From Acidobacteriota bacterium (GTDB lineage: Bacteria > Acidobacteriota > Vicinamibacteria > Vicinamibacterales > 2-12-FULL-66-21), in NCBI GenBank assembly GCA_031425515.1, contig JANPJN010000808.1:1-38622 (forward strand): a stretch of 38,622 nt of DNA. The letters run 5' to 3'. Both the position numbers and the translations under genes were made by a program. Below are positions 18,921 to 28,801 of the stretch, piece after piece; within the stretch, counting starts at the first letter, position 1, and each line of letters opens with the position of its first letter. The notes beneath the pieces were generated by a model. It was not told the origin of the DNA and did no database searches. It saw only the letters and a program-made list of their open reading frames with translations.

Positions 18921-19534
18921 GCGCTCCTCAACTCTGCGCGAAGCGCTTCGCGCGCCCGGGCCAGCCTGGATTTCACCGTGCCGACGGCGATGCCGAGCGA
19001 GAACCCTATCTCCTCGTAGCTCAGGCCGTCAATTTCCCGGAGGACGAGGGCGGTCTTGTGATCGAAGGGCAGACGGTCGAGTGCGCCGCGGACGCGTTCG
19101 GCGGCCTGCTTCTGGCTGAGCAGCACGTCGGGGGCGCCCGCGTGCCGCGGCGCCGGCAGATCGCCATGGCTCCGGATGTGATCGTCGAGCGACACCTGCT
19201 GCGCGCGGTGGCGCCGGCGCCAGAAGCGCTGCCGGTTGCGCGCCTGGTTGACGACGATGCGGTAGATCCAAGTGCGGAGGGTGGACTGGCCCCGGAAGCC
19301 CGGGAGGGTGCGAAAGACCCGGAAGAACACCTCCTGCGACAGGTCGAGGGCTTCGTTGTGATCCCCGAGCAGGTTGAGGGAGAGCTGGTAGACCATGCGC
19401 TGATGCTCGGTCACGAGCTCCGCGCAGGCGTCTTCGTCGCGGGCGGCACAGCGCTGGATGAGGGCGGCTTCCCGTCCACCGACGTCCGTCCATGTGAGGG
19501 AGGGAACGGGCTTCACAAACAGTCCTTCCGCCAT
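18917..19534 (-). CDS. ECF-family RNA polymerase sigma factor (sigma-70 group 4)
   Basis: A region 2 (LVTEHQRMVYQLSLNLLGDHNEALDLSQEVFFRVFR..FRG.S.LRTWIYRIVVN) and a region 4 HTH (LVLREIDGLSYEEIGFSLGIAVGTVKSRLARAREAL) are both present. Confidence 0.9.
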   Translation of the reverse strand: MAEGLFVKPVPSLTWTDVGGREAALIQRCAARDEDACAELVTEHQRMVYQLSLNLLGDHNEALDLSQEVFFRVFRTLPGFRGQSTLRTWIYRIVVNQARNRQRFWRRRHRAQQVSLDDHIRSHGDLPAPRHAGAPDVLLSQKQAAERVRGALDRLPFDHKTALVLREIDGLSYEEIGFSLGIAVGTVKSRLARAREALRAELRSA

Positions 19535-19576
19535 CTTAGCACCCCGGTCCGTGCGGGTCAGTCCGCGCCTGGATGA

Positions 19577-19604
19577 TTAGAACCCGGCCGCCTGTGGAAG
19601 TTCC
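19577..19604 (-). promoter_or_regulatory. ECF (sigmaE-type) autoregulatory promoter candidate
   Basis: The minus strand has GGAACTT (19604-19598), a 16-nt spacer, then TCTAA (19581-19577), about 43 nt upstream of the sigma factor ATG. This matches the GGAACTT-N16-TCTaA pattern of sigmaE-like ECF promoters. Confidence 0.45.
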
Positions 19605-19652
19605 CCTGGCCCTGCCCCGCTGCGTCTCCCGGTCCGATGTAGGATCGCGGCA

Positions 19653-20846
19653 GTGAAACGCTGGATCCTGGCGGCGGTGCTCGTCGGCGTGTGCCTCGGT
19701 GGCGCCTACGAATGGGCCGCCCTGCACCGGGAGCGCGAGTATCGCGACTTCATCGACCAGGGTGAGGCCATGCTGGCCCGCGACGACACCTTTGCCGCGG
19801 TCGAGGCGTTCAGCGGCGCCATCGCCCTCAAGCCGGACGCGATGCTGGGCTACCTCAAACGCGGGGAGGCCTACGGCCGGCGGCTGGCACTCGACGGCCC
19901 GTCGCGCGATCCGATGAGGGCCGGTGAGCTCGACCCGGCGGCTGACGCCGCCATGCGGGATCTCCGCCGGGCCGCGGAACTGGACCCCCTCGCCCCCCGT
20001 CCGCTGGAGCTCATTGGCGACATCAGCTACAGCCTCCATCGCTACGACCGGGCGGCCGAGCGCTACCAGGCCTACGTCGCGCTCGACGACCGGTCCCCAC
20101 GCGTGCTCTACAAGCTCGGGCTCGCGCAGTACAGCGCCGGGCGCGTGGCGTCCGCCATCGGGGTGATTCAGCAGGCCCTGGCGCTCGACGACCGTCTCGC
20201 TCCTGCTCACTACCTCCTGGGCCTGTGCTACCGCGACACGCAGAAACCCCGCCAGGCGATGCTCGCCTTCCAGGCCGCGGTTCGTCTCAGCCCGGCGCTG
20301 CTGGCCGCACGCGAGGAACTGGCCGACGTCTACACGCGACTCGGCCGGCTCGACGCCGCGATTGCGCAGCTCGACGAACTGGCGGACCTCGATCCTGGCC
20401 CCGCCCGGCACGTGGCGCTCGGGCTCGCCTGCGCGCGCGCCGGGCAGTTCGACCGGGCCGTGGCCACCCTCGCGGGCGCGTCGGAGCGGTATCCGGACGA
20501 CGCCTCGCCGTATGCGGCGCTCGGCCGTGTCTGGCTCGAGAAGGCGCAGCCCCCCGATCGCATGGACGTGCAGAAGGCGGTCGGCGCGTTGCAGACGGCG
20601 GTGCGAACCGAGGAGAGCAGCGAGGTGCTGACGTTGCTCGGCCGTGCCTTCCTGCTGGCGAACGAGCCCGCCCGGGCCGAGCGCGTGCTGCAGCAGGCGT
20701 CGGCCAGGCTGCCCGTCGACCCCGCGGCCTTCTACTACCTGGCTGCCGCGGCGGAGCGATCGGGACACCGGGCCGCCGCACGCCGTGCGCTCGCTGACTA
20801 CCGCGCGCTCCAGCGGGACGCCGGGCCGCCGCCTCGCCCACGCTGA
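19653..20846 (+). CDS. Membrane-anchored TPR repeat protein, 397 aa
   Basis: GTG start, N-terminal TM helix (WILAAVLVGVCLGGAY), then serial 34-aa TPR-like repeats (A...F..A..L.P......Y..LG..Y). The 410-aa ORF on the opposite strand is an antisense artefact. Confidence 0.75.
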   Translation: MKRWILAAVLVGVCLGGAYEWAALHREREYRDFIDQGEAMLARDDTFAAVEAFSGAIALKPDAMLGYLKRGEAYGRRLALDGPSRDPMRAGELDPAADAAMRDLRRAAELDPLAPRPLELIGDISYSLHRYDRAAERYQAYVALDDRSPRVLYKLGLAQYSAGRVASAIGVIQQALALDDRLAPAHYLLGLCYRDTQKPRQAMLAFQAAVRLSPALLAAREELADVYTRLGRLDAAIAQLDELADLDPGPARHVALGLACARAGQFDRAVATLAGASERYPDDASPYAALGRVWLEKAQPPDRMDVQKAVGALQTAVRTEESSEVLTLLGRAFLLANEPARAERVLQQASARLPVDPAAFYYLAAAAERSGHRAAARRALADYRALQRDAGPPPRPR

Positions 20847-20913
20847 CAGGGAGCGAGTGCTCCGGGGGTTCTCGCCCCGTCCCGCGGTTCCGCGGTATTC
20901 TCTGCGGGCGCCG

Positions 20914-21834
20914 ATGCTTCGCTACTTCCTCCGCCGACTGCTCCTCACCCTGCCCGTGCTGCTCGGCGTCGCCACGCTGGTATTCGCGCTGATCCACCTC
21001 GTGCCCGGCGACCCCGCGCAGGCGATGCTCGGCGACGGCGCCTCGCAGGAGGAAGTGCTGAAGCTCCAGCACACCCTGGGCCTCGATCGGCCGCTCCTCT
21101 CCCAGTACCGAAGCTTCCTGACCGGCATCTTCCGCGGCGACCTGGGGATGTCCTTCCGGTACAACACGCCGGTGACCGCGCAGATCAAAGAGAAGTTTCC
21201 CAACACGGCGGCGCTGGCGCTCGCGGCGATGTTCGTGGCCATGATTTTCGCCATCCCTCTCGGCATCGTCGCGGCGGTCTACCGCGGGACCGCGATCGAC
21301 CATACGGCCATGACGCTGGCGCTGGTCGGCATCTGCATGCCCAACTTCTGGCTGGGCCCGCTGCTCGCCATCCTGTTCGCCGTCCGCCTCGGATGGCTGC
21401 CCGTGTCGGGTATCGGCGGCCTCTCGCATCTGGTGCTGCCGGCCGTGACGCTCGGCGCGGCGCTGGCCGCGATCCTCGCCCGCATGACGCGGGCGAGCCT
21501 GCTCGAAGAGCTGCGCGAGCTGTACGTGCTCGCGGCCCGGGCGCGCGGGTTCTCCGGCACGCGCGCGGTGGTGCGGCACGCCTTCCGGAACAGCCTGATC
21601 CCGATCGTCACGATCATCGGGCTGCAGTTCGGCGCCGTCCTCACGGGGACGATCATCACGGAGACGATCTTCGCGTGGCCGGGGATCGGCCGCCTGCTCA
21701 TCCAGGCGATCAACTTCCGCGACTACCCGCTCATCCAGGGCTGCATCCTCTTCATCTCGGTGACCTACGTGGCGATGAACCTCCTGACGGACCTGAGCTA
21801 CGGACTGCTCGACCCCAGGATTCGGTACGACTGA
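20914..21834 (+). CDS. ABC transporter permease, DppB/OppB family
   Basis: [34 protein letters not shown] is the typical N-terminus. The EAA loop is [30 protein letters not shown], and the C-terminus is [14 protein letters not shown] placed the start at ATG 20914. Confidence 0.9.
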   Translation: MLRYFLRRLLLTLPVLLGVATLVFALIHLVPGDPAQAMLGDGASQEEVLKLQHTLGLDRPLLSQYRSFLTGIFRGDLGMSFRYNTPVTAQIKEKFPNTAALALAAMFVAMIFAIPLGIVAAVYRGTAIDHTAMTLALVGICMPNFWLGPLLAILFAVRLGWLPVSGIGGLSHLVLPAVTLGAALAAILARMTRASLLEELRELYVLAARARGFSGTRAVVRHAFRNSLIPIVTIIGLQFGAVLTGTIITETIFAWPGIGRLLIQAINFRDYPLIQGCILFISVTYVAMNLLTDLSYGLLDPRIRYD

Positions 21835-22628
21835 TGGTCCGCATCGGCCTCCTCATCGTCGCGCTCGCCATTGTCGCGGCCGTGGCCGGGCCGCTCCTCA
21901 CGCCGTACGACCCGTCGGCGCAGGAACTGGCGCGCCGGCTGGAAGCGCCCAGCCTGGCGCACCCGTTCGGGCTCGACGAGCTCGGGCGCGACATCCTCGC
22001 GCGGCTCATGCGGGGCGCGCGCATCTCGCTCCTCGTCGGCCTGGCGGTCGTCTCGGTGTCGTCGAGCGCGGGCATGTTCTTCGGCTCCATCGCCGGCTAC
22101 TTCGGCGGGCGAGTGGATGATGTGATCAGCCGGGTGATTGATGTGCTGATGGCGTTTCCGGGGATCCTGCTGGCGATCGCGCTCGTCGCCGTTCTCGGTC
22201 CCAGCCTGACGAATGTGGTCCTGGCGCTGTCGGTGATCGGCTGGGTCGGGTATGCGCGCCTGGTGCGCGGGCAGGCGCTGCGGGCGCGGGAGCTCGAGTT
22301 CGTGCAGGCGGCCCGGGCGTCTGGCGCCTCGGCGCCGCGCATCGTCTTTCGCCACATCCTGCCGACGGCGTTTCCGGCGGTCGTCGTGCAGGCGACGCTG
22401 GGGATGGCCGGAGCGATCATCGCGGAAGCGGCGTTGAGCTTTCTCGGCCTCGGCGTGCAGCCGCCCACACCGAGCTGGGGCACCATGCTCGACGCCGGCC
22501 GCTCCCATCTCTTCGACGCACCGCATCTGACCATCTTTCCGGGGCTGGCCATCGCGCTGCTCGTGCTCGGCTTCAACTTCCTGGGCGACGGCTTGCGCGA
22601 TCGCATCGATCCCAAAATGGTCCGCTGA
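21834..22628 (+). CDS. ABC transporter permease, DppC/OppC family
   Basis: Motifs [16 protein letters not shown], the EAA loop [23 protein letters not shown], and [13 protein letters not shown]. The ATG overlaps the upstream stop (TGATG). Confidence 0.9.
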   Translation: MVRIGLLIVALAIVAAVAGPLLTPYDPSAQELARRLEAPSLAHPFGLDELGRDILARLMRGARISLLVGLAVVSVSSSAGMFFGSIAGYFGGRVDDVISRVIDVLMAFPGILLAIALVAVLGPSLTNVVLALSVIGWVGYARLVRGQALRARELEFVQAARASGASAPRIVFRHILPTAFPAVVVQATLGMAGAIIAEAALSFLGLGVQPPTPSWGTMLDAGRSHLFDAPHLTIFPGLAIALLVLGFNFLGDGLRDRIDPKMVR

Positions 22629-22645
22629 ACCGGTTCCCGCCCCCT

Positions 22646-25600
22646 TCACCGGCAGTCCCCCTCCAGCGACAATCTGCGCAGCATCTTCGCCAGCCCCTGG
22701 CGGCTGATGCCCAGCGCCGCGGCCGCCCGCGCGCGGTGGCCTCCGGCAGTCGCCAGCGCCGCCTTCACGAACCGCCGCTCGAACTCCGCGCGTGCTTCTT
22801 CGAACGACCCGCCGCTCCGAACCGCGGCCTGCGCGACGTGCGCGGGCACGGCCGTCGCGCTGATGCGGCCGCGCGCCGGCGAGTGCACCGCCATCCACGC
22901 GATCACGTTCTGGAGCTCGCGTACGTTCCCCGGCCACTCGTAGCGCGACAGCGCGGTCAGCGTCTCCGGCGCCAGCGTGGCGCGCGATCCCATGCGCGCC
23001 GAGGCGTCGTTCCAGAACGACGCGGCGAGCATCGGCACGTCGGCGGCGCGGTCCCGCAGCGGCGGCACCTCGATCCGCACGACATCGAGACGGAATCGCA
23101 GGTCCGCGCGGAAGCGGCCGGCCGCGGCTTCTTCCGACAGCCGGCGATTGGTGGCGGCGACGATACGGACGTCGACGCGGCGGGAGGAGTTCTCCCCCAC
23201 GCGGCGGACCTGGCCGTCCTGGAGCACGCGCAGCAACTTGGCCTGCGCGCGCGCGGAGAGCTCGCCGATCTCGTCGAGGAACAACGTGCCGCCGTCTGCC
23301 TCTTCGAAGAGACCCGCGCGCTCGCTGACGGCGCCGGTGAACGCACCGCGGGCGTGGCCGAAGAGCTCCGCCTCGAGCAGGTCATCGGTGAGTGCCGCGC
23401 AGTTGATCGCGCAGAAGCGGCGGTCGCGCCGCGGGCCAAGTCGATGGATCGCGCGGGCGACGAGCTCTTTGCCGCTGCCGCTCTCCCCTTCGATGAGCAC
23501 GGGGAAGGGCGCGCGCGCGGCGCGCGCGATGGCATCGCGCATCGTGCGCGCGGGAGAACTGTCGCCGATGATCTCGGCGGCCGGGTGCGAGGCGGGGGCC
23601 GGGACCTCGCGGTCGAGCACGCCGCGCACGTGGGCGGACATCGCGAGCGCGCCGACCCTCAGGAGGGCCCCGGCGCGGGCCGGATCCGTGGTCGTCCCGG
23701 CCGACCAGCGCGCCGCGAGGCTGCCGATCGTGTCTCCGCTGTACCGAAGCGGCTCGGCCGCCTGGCACGGCTCCGTGCGGGGATCGAGCGCGACGCTGAG
23801 GCCGCTGGCGAGCACGCGCCAGGCCGCGAGCGGTTCGCCGCGCCAGGCGTCGCCGGAGATTGCGAGCGGGCGGCGATCCGGGTCGGGACCTGTCACGAGA
23901 AGCGTGGCGGCGCGGAGACGGGCGCGCAGATGGTCCGCCATCCGGTCGATTGCCGTCCCGTCGTCCGTGGCCGTCTGCCCGATGTGCAACAGGGCTTCGA
24001 GGTCGCCTACCGGGTTCGAGCCGCCCGCGCACGCCGCGTGGGCGATGGCGACGGCTCCGCTGGTCTCGACGAACGTGCGCGTCTGCGCGTCGAGCGCGAT
24101 GCTCTCCACGCGCGCCCTGACGGCCCGCGCGTAGAACCGGAGCAGCGGGGGGCACCGGTACGACGCGGCGGCGAGCCGCGCGGCGAGACGCAGGCTGTCT
24201 TTCGACGGCGCCCCGGCGGCTGCGATCTCGAGCCCGGCGAGCCTGAGCCGGAGCGCCTCCAATGGAAGATGCGCGGCGGTTGCCGCCTCGAGCCCCTCGC
24301 GCAGGTATTGCGCGGCGGACGCCGGATCGCCGCCGGCGGCGGCTGCCTGCGCCAGCACGCGGAGCGCCGAGGCGCGCGGCTGCGGATCGCCGCATTCGCC
24401 GGCACGGGTCAGCGCCCGCCTGGCGGCCGCCACGGCCGCCGCCACCGATTGCTCGGCCATCAGGATGCGCGCGAGCGTCCGCAGCCCCCAGCCCGATAGC
24501 CCGCCGGCCGCGTGTGCCTCCGCTTTTCGCAGCGTCGCGCCCGCTTCTCCGTATCGCCCCTGCCAGAACAGGCATCGTGCGAGCGCCGCCGCCGCCTGTT
24601 CCGCCAGCACCCCGTCGTCCAGACTCTCAGCCGCGGCGGCCGCCGCGCGCAGGATCGCTTCCGCCTCGACCAACCGGCCGTCGTCTGATCGCGCCACGCC
24701 GAGACCGATCCCGGCGCGTATGCCCCATACGCCCGAGGGGGCCACCTGACGCGCGACGTCGAAGCTCGCGGCCGCGGCCGCCACCTGGGCACGCTCGAGC
24801 CGAAGCCAGCCGATCTCCACGGCGCAGCGAGCCGCCTCCTCGTGATCGCGGCGTGCGGACAGCACACGCTGGGCGCGATCGAGCAGCCGCGCGGCGGCGG
24901 CGTGGCGGCCGGCGCGCGCGAGGCCCCGGGCGCGTTCGGGCGCGCGCCGCAGGATGCCGGACGGCGGCCGGGGAGCGGTGCCCGGCACGGGACGCGCGGG
25001 AGTGGCGGCGGACGGCGACACCTCGTAGGCCGGCGACATCTCGTGGACCACCATGGCGGTGGAGCCACCCGCGCGGCCGGCGCCACCCGGGCGGCCGGCG
25101 CGCCCCTCGAGGCGCGCGAGGAAGAGGCCCGGCCATCCGCCGGCGTGCCGTGCGGCGTCGGAGAGCTCTTCGAGCGTCGGGAGGTTGTCGTCCTCGAGGT
25201 AGACCATGCGAGTGAGCGCGGCGGCGTCCATGCGGTCGATGGCTACGGCCGGGCGAGGCGGTGCGCTCCGGTTGAAGGCGAACAGCACGTGCCGCCTCGA
25301 GCTGGCGGACCCGAGGTGCAGCAGCGTACGTGCGACGGGTTCGCGCCGGTCGGCACCCCGGTCCGCCAGAATGCAGACGTGCCGGCTCGCGAGCGCGGCG
25401 CCAAGAGGGCCGGCATCCGGAAGCAGGGCGGCCGACACCGGGATGTAGCCGGCGAGCCTCGCCGTGCGCGCGGCCGCGAGCCGAAGCGTGCGCAGGCCGG
25501 ACTGCGGCTCCCCCGTCACCTCGATCGCGCACGGGCCCGGAGGCGCATCCGCGTCGAGCGCTTCGCGGAGGATCTCGAGCACGGGCCGCGGCTGGAGACG

Positions 25601-25990
25601 GACACCCATCAGCCGCCCCATCGCTCCGCCGCCGCGGACGACCGGACGCAGCAGATAGTCCGCCAGCGGGCGCGGGAGATCCACGCCGTGCGCGCGCAGA
25701 AACGACGCCGCGTGCGCGAGCAGGCGGCCGCCGGTAACGCCGCCGGCCGCCAGCGGCGACGCGATTGCATAGGCCTCGAACGTGCGCTTCGCGTCCGCCA
25801 TGCCGTAGTCCACGAGCGGGGCGATGAGCGGATGCCGGAGATTGGCGACGATGGCGCACCAGTGGTTCCAGGCGAGCTGATCGGCGCGTGTGCCCGCAGG
25901 GGCCACCCGGATCCGGACGTGCGCCCCCGTCGCCAGATCCATCCAGCGGGGGCCTGTTCCCACGAAGCGATCGGCAAGCAGGTGCGGCAT
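22646..25990 (-). CDS. Sigma-54-dependent transcriptional activator with a long N-terminal sensory region (kinase-like, STAND-like, TPR-like, GAF-like), 1114 aa
   Basis: The C-terminal AAA+ module carries [44 protein letters not shown] and [10 protein letters not shown], followed by a Fis-type HTH ([19 protein letters not shown]). I placed the start at ATG 25990 (MPHLLADRF), because the track start at 26203 overlaps aroC. The exact start is uncertain. Confidence 0.85.
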   Translation of the reverse strand: MPHLLADRFVGTGPRWMDLATGAHVRIRVAPAGTRADQLAWNHWCAIVANLRHPLIAPLVDYGMADAKRTFEAYAIASPLAAGGVTGGRLLAHAASFLRAHGVDLPRPLADYLLRPVVRGGGAMGRLMGVRLQPRPVLEILREALDADAPPGPCAIEVTGEPQSGLRTLRLAAARTARLAGYIPVSAALLPDAGPLGAALASRHVCILADRGADRREPVARTLLHLGSASSRRHVLFAFNRSAPPRPAVAIDRMDAAALTRMVYLEDDNLPTLEELSDAARHAGGWPGLFLARLEGRAGRPGGAGRAGGSTAMVVHEMSPAYEVSPSAATPARPVPGTAPRPPSGILRRAPERARGLARAGRHAAAARLLDRAQRVLSARRDHEEAARCAVEIGWLRLERAQVAAAAASFDVARQVAPSGVWGIRAGIGLGVARSDDGRLVEAEAILRAAAAAAESLDDGVLAEQAAAALARCLFWQGRYGEAGATLRKAEAHAAGGLSGWGLRTLARILMAEQSVAAAVAAARRALTRAGECGDPQPRASALRVLAQAAAAGGDPASAAQYLREGLEAATAAHLPLEALRLRLAGLEIAAAGAPSKDSLRLAARLAAASYRCPPLLRFYARAVRARVESIALDAQTRTFVETSGAVAIAHAACAGGSNPVGDLEALLHIGQTATDDGTAIDRMADHLRARLRAATLLVTGPDPDRRPLAISGDAWRGEPLAAWRVLASGLSVALDPRTEPCQAAEPLRYSGDTIGSLAARWSAGTTTDPARAGALLRVGALAMSAHVRGVLDREVPAPASHPAAEIIGDSSPARTMRDAIARAARAPFPVLIEGESGSGKELVARAIHRLGPRRDRRFCAINCAALTDDLLEAELFGHARGAFTGAVSERAGLFEEADGGTLFLDEIGELSARAQAKLLRVLQDGQVRRVGENSSRRVDVRIVAATNRRLSEEAAAGRFRADLRFRLDVVRIEVPPLRDRAADVPMLAASFWNDASARMGSRATLAPETLTALSRYEWPGNVRELQNVIAWMAVHSPARGRISATAVPAHVAQAAVRSGGSFEEARAEFERRFVKAALATAGGHRARAAAALGISRQGLAKMLRRLSLEGDCR

Positions 25991-26086
25991 GCGGAGGCGG
26001 GCTGCAAGACCGCCGCCCCGGAGGCGTGGCCCGCATTCCGGCCGGAAACCGCGCGGCGGGTCGCCCGGGAGTGCAGAAACTTCGTA

Positions 26087-26092
26087 TACAAT
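26087..26092 (+). promoter_or_regulatory. -10-like hexamer TACAAT ten nt upstream of the aroC ATG (near-leaderless geometry)
   Basis: gtaTACAATtgcccctcgaATG. No SD and no convincing -35 element. Confidence 0.25.
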
Positions 26093-26102
26093 TGCCCCTC
26101 GA

Positions 26103-27326
26103 ATGGTGCGTTTTCTCACCGCGGGCGAATCACACGGCCGCGCGCTCGTCGTTATCCTCGAAGGCATTCCTGCCGGTCTGTCGATCGATCCCGACGCGAT
26201 CACGGCCGATCTCCGCCGACGCCAGGGGGGCTACGGGCGCGGCCGGAGGATGGCGATCGAGTCGGATCGCGCCGAGATCCTGTCGGGTGTTCGCGCCGGC
26301 GAGACGATCGGCGGCCCAATCGCGATGTCGATCGAGAACCGCGACTGGGTCAACTGGCAGTACACGATGCGCACGGCCGTCGAGCCCCCGGCCGAAGGCG
26401 GGGGCGCCCGACGCGCGCCGGTGACGCGGCCGCGCCCGGGGCATGCCGACCTCGCCGGCGTCGCCAAGTACGGCCGCGCCGACGTGCGGGACATTCTCGA
26501 GCGCGCGAGCGCCCGCGAGACGGCAGCACGCGTGGCGGCCGGGGCCATCGCGCGGCAGTTCCTCGAGCAGGCCGGCATCCGCCTCACGAGCCACGTGTTT
26601 TCCGTCGGGGCCGCGGCCCTTCCGGGCGGCACCACCGTGACGTTTGCGCAGGCCGACGCGTTGGCGGCCGACGCCCCGCTGCGGTGCGTGGACACCGACG
26701 TCGAACGCCGGATGATCGAGGAGATCGATACCGCGCGAGAGGCCGGCGACACGAAGGGCGGGGCCTTCGAAGTGATCGTCACGGGGCTGCCGGTCGGGCT
26801 CGGCAGCTATGTGCAGTGGGACCGGAAGCTCGATGGGCGGCTGGCGCAGGCACTGATGTCGATCCCCGCCATCAAGGCCGTCGGCATCGGCCTCGGGCCC
26901 GAGGCGGCGGTGCGGCCCGGGTCGCGCGTCCACGACGAAATTCTTCCCGATCCGGGCGGCGAGCGGGCGACGGGTGTCTCACGGCCGACCAACAACGCCG
27001 GCGGGCTCGAGGGAGGCGTGACCAACGGCGAGGATCTGCGCGTCTCGGCGTGGATGAAGCCGATCTCCACCCTCATGAAACCCCTGCGCTCGGTGGACCT
27101 TTCGACCATGGACGAGGCGTCCGCGGCGATCGAACGCAGTGACGTCTGCGCCGTGCCGGCCGCGGCGGTCGTCGGCGAGGCGATGGTGGCGCTCGTGCTC
27201 GCCGACGCGCTCATCGAAAAATTCGGCGGCGACTCGATGGCCGAGATCCAGCGCGCGATCGGCGCCTGGTCCGACACCCTCCACGCGCAGTTCTCGAAGG
27301 AAGGGCTCGCCGACGCCAGACCCTGA
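26103..27326 (+). CDS. aroC: Chorismate synthase
   Basis: Motifs MVRFLTAGESHGRAL, RRQGGYGRGRRM, RPRPGHADL, ERASARETAARV and SDVCAVPAAAVVGE. I placed the start at ATG 26103. Confidence 0.93.
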   Translation: MVRFLTAGESHGRALVVILEGIPAGLSIDPDAITADLRRRQGGYGRGRRMAIESDRAEILSGVRAGETIGGPIAMSIENRDWVNWQYTMRTAVEPPAEGGGARRAPVTRPRPGHADLAGVAKYGRADVRDILERASARETAARVAAGAIARQFLEQAGIRLTSHVFSVGAAALPGGTTVTFAQADALAADAPLRCVDTDVERRMIEEIDTAREAGDTKGGAFEVIVTGLPVGLGSYVQWDRKLDGRLAQALMSIPAIKAVGIGLGPEAAVRPGSRVHDEILPDPGGERATGVSRPTNNAGGLEGGVTNGEDLRVSAWMKPISTLMKPLRSVDLSTMDEASAAIERSDVCAVPAAAVVGEAMVALVLADALIEKFGGDSMAEIQRAIGAWSDTLHAQFSKEGLADARP

Positions 27327-27338
27327 GCCGAAGCCCGC

Positions 27339-27848
27339 ATGATTCGGCCCATTCTCCGGCACGGCGAGTCGGTGCTCCATACCCCGGCCCTCCCCGTCGC
27401 GGTCGTGAACGATGAGGTGTGCGCGCTGGTGGACGACATGGTGCAGACCATGTACGCCGCCCCCGGTGTTGGCCTCGCCGCCCCGCAGATTGGTGTGCCG
27501 CTGCGCGTGTTCGTGGTGGACGTCTCGGTCGGCCGCGGCCCGGGGAACCTCCTCGTGATGATCAACCCGGTCTTTGTCGAGCGCGAGGGGCTCCAGCTCG
27601 AAGAGGAAGGCTGTCTGAGCGTCCCCGGCTTCAACGCCACCGTCGTCCGGCCCGCGCGCGCGGTGCTGCGGGGCCTGGACCTGAGCGGGGTGGAACGCCG
27701 CGTCGAGGGGCGCGATTTGCTGGCCCGGGCTTTTCAGCACGAGATGGATCACCTCGACGGCACCGTGTTCCTCGACAGGCTGCGTCGTGTGCAGCGGCAG
27801 ATCATGACGAACAAGATCCAGCGTCTCAGGCGGAGGGGCCGATGGTGA
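27339..27848 (+). CDS. def: Peptide deformylase
   Basis: The three metal and catalytic motifs are present: GVGLAAPQIG, EEGCLSVPG and HEMDHLDG. Confidence 0.95.
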   Translation: MIRPILRHGESVLHTPALPVAVVNDEVCALVDDMVQTMYAAPGVGLAAPQIGVPLRVFVVDVSVGRGPGNLLVMINPVFVEREGLQLEEEGCLSVPGFNATVVRPARAVLRGLDLSGVERRVEGRDLLARAFQHEMDHLDGTVFLDRLRRVQRQIMTNKIQRLRRRGRW

Positions 27849-28801
27849 GCGCCCCCCCCGGCGCCTTGCCGCTGCGCATCGTGTACTTCGGCACGCCCGC
27901 GTTTGCCGTGCCGACGCTCACGGCGCTTGTGAAATCGCGGCATGCCGTTGTCGCGCTCGTCTCGCAGCCGGATCGCCCGAGCGGGCGCGGCCATCGGGTG
28001 GCGGCCACACCAACCAAGACGCTGGCCGTGCTCTGCGGCGTGCCCGTGCTGCAGCCGACCAGGCTGCGCGACGAGGCGTTCCTCGCGGAAGTCGCGGCGT
28101 TTCGTCCGGACCTCGGAGTCGTCGCGGCCTACGGCCGCATCCTGCCCGATGCGCTGCTCGGCATTCCAAGGCTGGGGCTGATCAACGTGCACGCGTCGCT
28201 GCTCCCCGCGTATCGCGGCGCGGCGCCCATCCATCGGGCCGTGATCGCGGGAGACGCCGTCACCGGGGTGACGATCATGCGGGTCGTGTCGGAGCTCGAC
28301 GCCGGGCCGATGATGGCGAAGGTCGAACTGCCAATCGGGGCGGACGCCACCAGTGTCGAGATCGAGGCGCAGCTCGCCACGCGAGGGGCCGCGCTGCTGC
28401 TGGAGGTGGTGGAGCATCTGGCCGCCGGCACCGCCGTGGAGACGCCGCAGGACGATCGCGCGGCGACGTTCGCCCCGAAAATCGTGAAGACCGAGGGGCC
28501 GATCGACTGGTCGCTGTCGGCGGCGCGGCTGCACAATCTCGTGCGCGGGCTGCAGCCGTGGCCGCTCGCGTCCACGACGATTGGCGCGGTGCGATGCCTG
28601 ATCCACCGGACGCAGGTGGTCGAGGGTGCGGAGGCCGAGCCCGGCACCGTGCTCGAGGCTGGCGGCGATGCGCTCATCATCGCGACCGGGGCCGGCGCGC
28701 TGCGGGTCCTCCAGCTTCAGCCCGACGGACGACGGCCGATGACGCCGCGCGAGTTCCTGAGCGGACACCGCGTGGCGGCCGGCATGCGGCTCCCGTCATG
28801 A
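27842..28801 (+). CDS. fmt: Methionyl-tRNA formyltransferase
   Basis: Motifs RIVYFGTPAFAVP, SQPDRPSGRG, NVHASLLPAYRGAAPI and QPDGRRPM. The ATG at 27842 overlaps the end of def. Confidence 0.92.
   Translation: MVSAPPGALPLRIVYFGTPAFAVPTLTALVKSRHAVVALVSQPDRPSGRGHRVAATPTKTLAVLCGVPVLQPTRLRDEAFLAEVAAFRPDLGVVAAYGRILPDALLGIPRLGLINVHASLLPAYRGAAPIHRAVIAGDAVTGVTIMRVVSELDAGPMMAKVELPIGADATSVEIEAQLATRGAALLLEVVEHLAAGTAVETPQDDRAATFAPKIVKTEGPIDWSLSAARLHNLVRGLQPWPLASTTIGAVRCLIHRTQVVEGAEAEPGTVLEAGGDALIIATGAGALRVLQLQPDGRRPMTPREFLSGHRVAAGMRLPS

Noticed and set aside
19536-20768. Long antisense or alternative-frame ORFs: 19536-20768, 13895-15157, 15765-16643, 20287-21579, 21798-22937, 22736-24499, 24627-26036, 24842-27142, 29323-30789, 30834-32069, 31852-33138, 33665-34543, 35170-36237, 36228-37691, 1239-2600, 3046-4152, 3242-4648, 5553-6749, 10961-12331, 12157-13698 and 27749-28768.
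   Set aside because: They lie opposite or out of frame to genes with unambiguous family signatures. They have the low-complexity R/G/A/P composition expected from stop-codon-poor high-G+C DNA, and they show no recognisable motifs.
25991-26102. A search for a sigma54 promoter (TGGCAC-N5-TTGC) next to the sigma54 activator. Near-matches were also examined at 159-173 and 23762-23777.
   Set aside because: Spacing between GG and GC is off by one in every near-match, or the -12 element is missing. The one at 23762 lies inside the activator coding sequence on the opposite strand.
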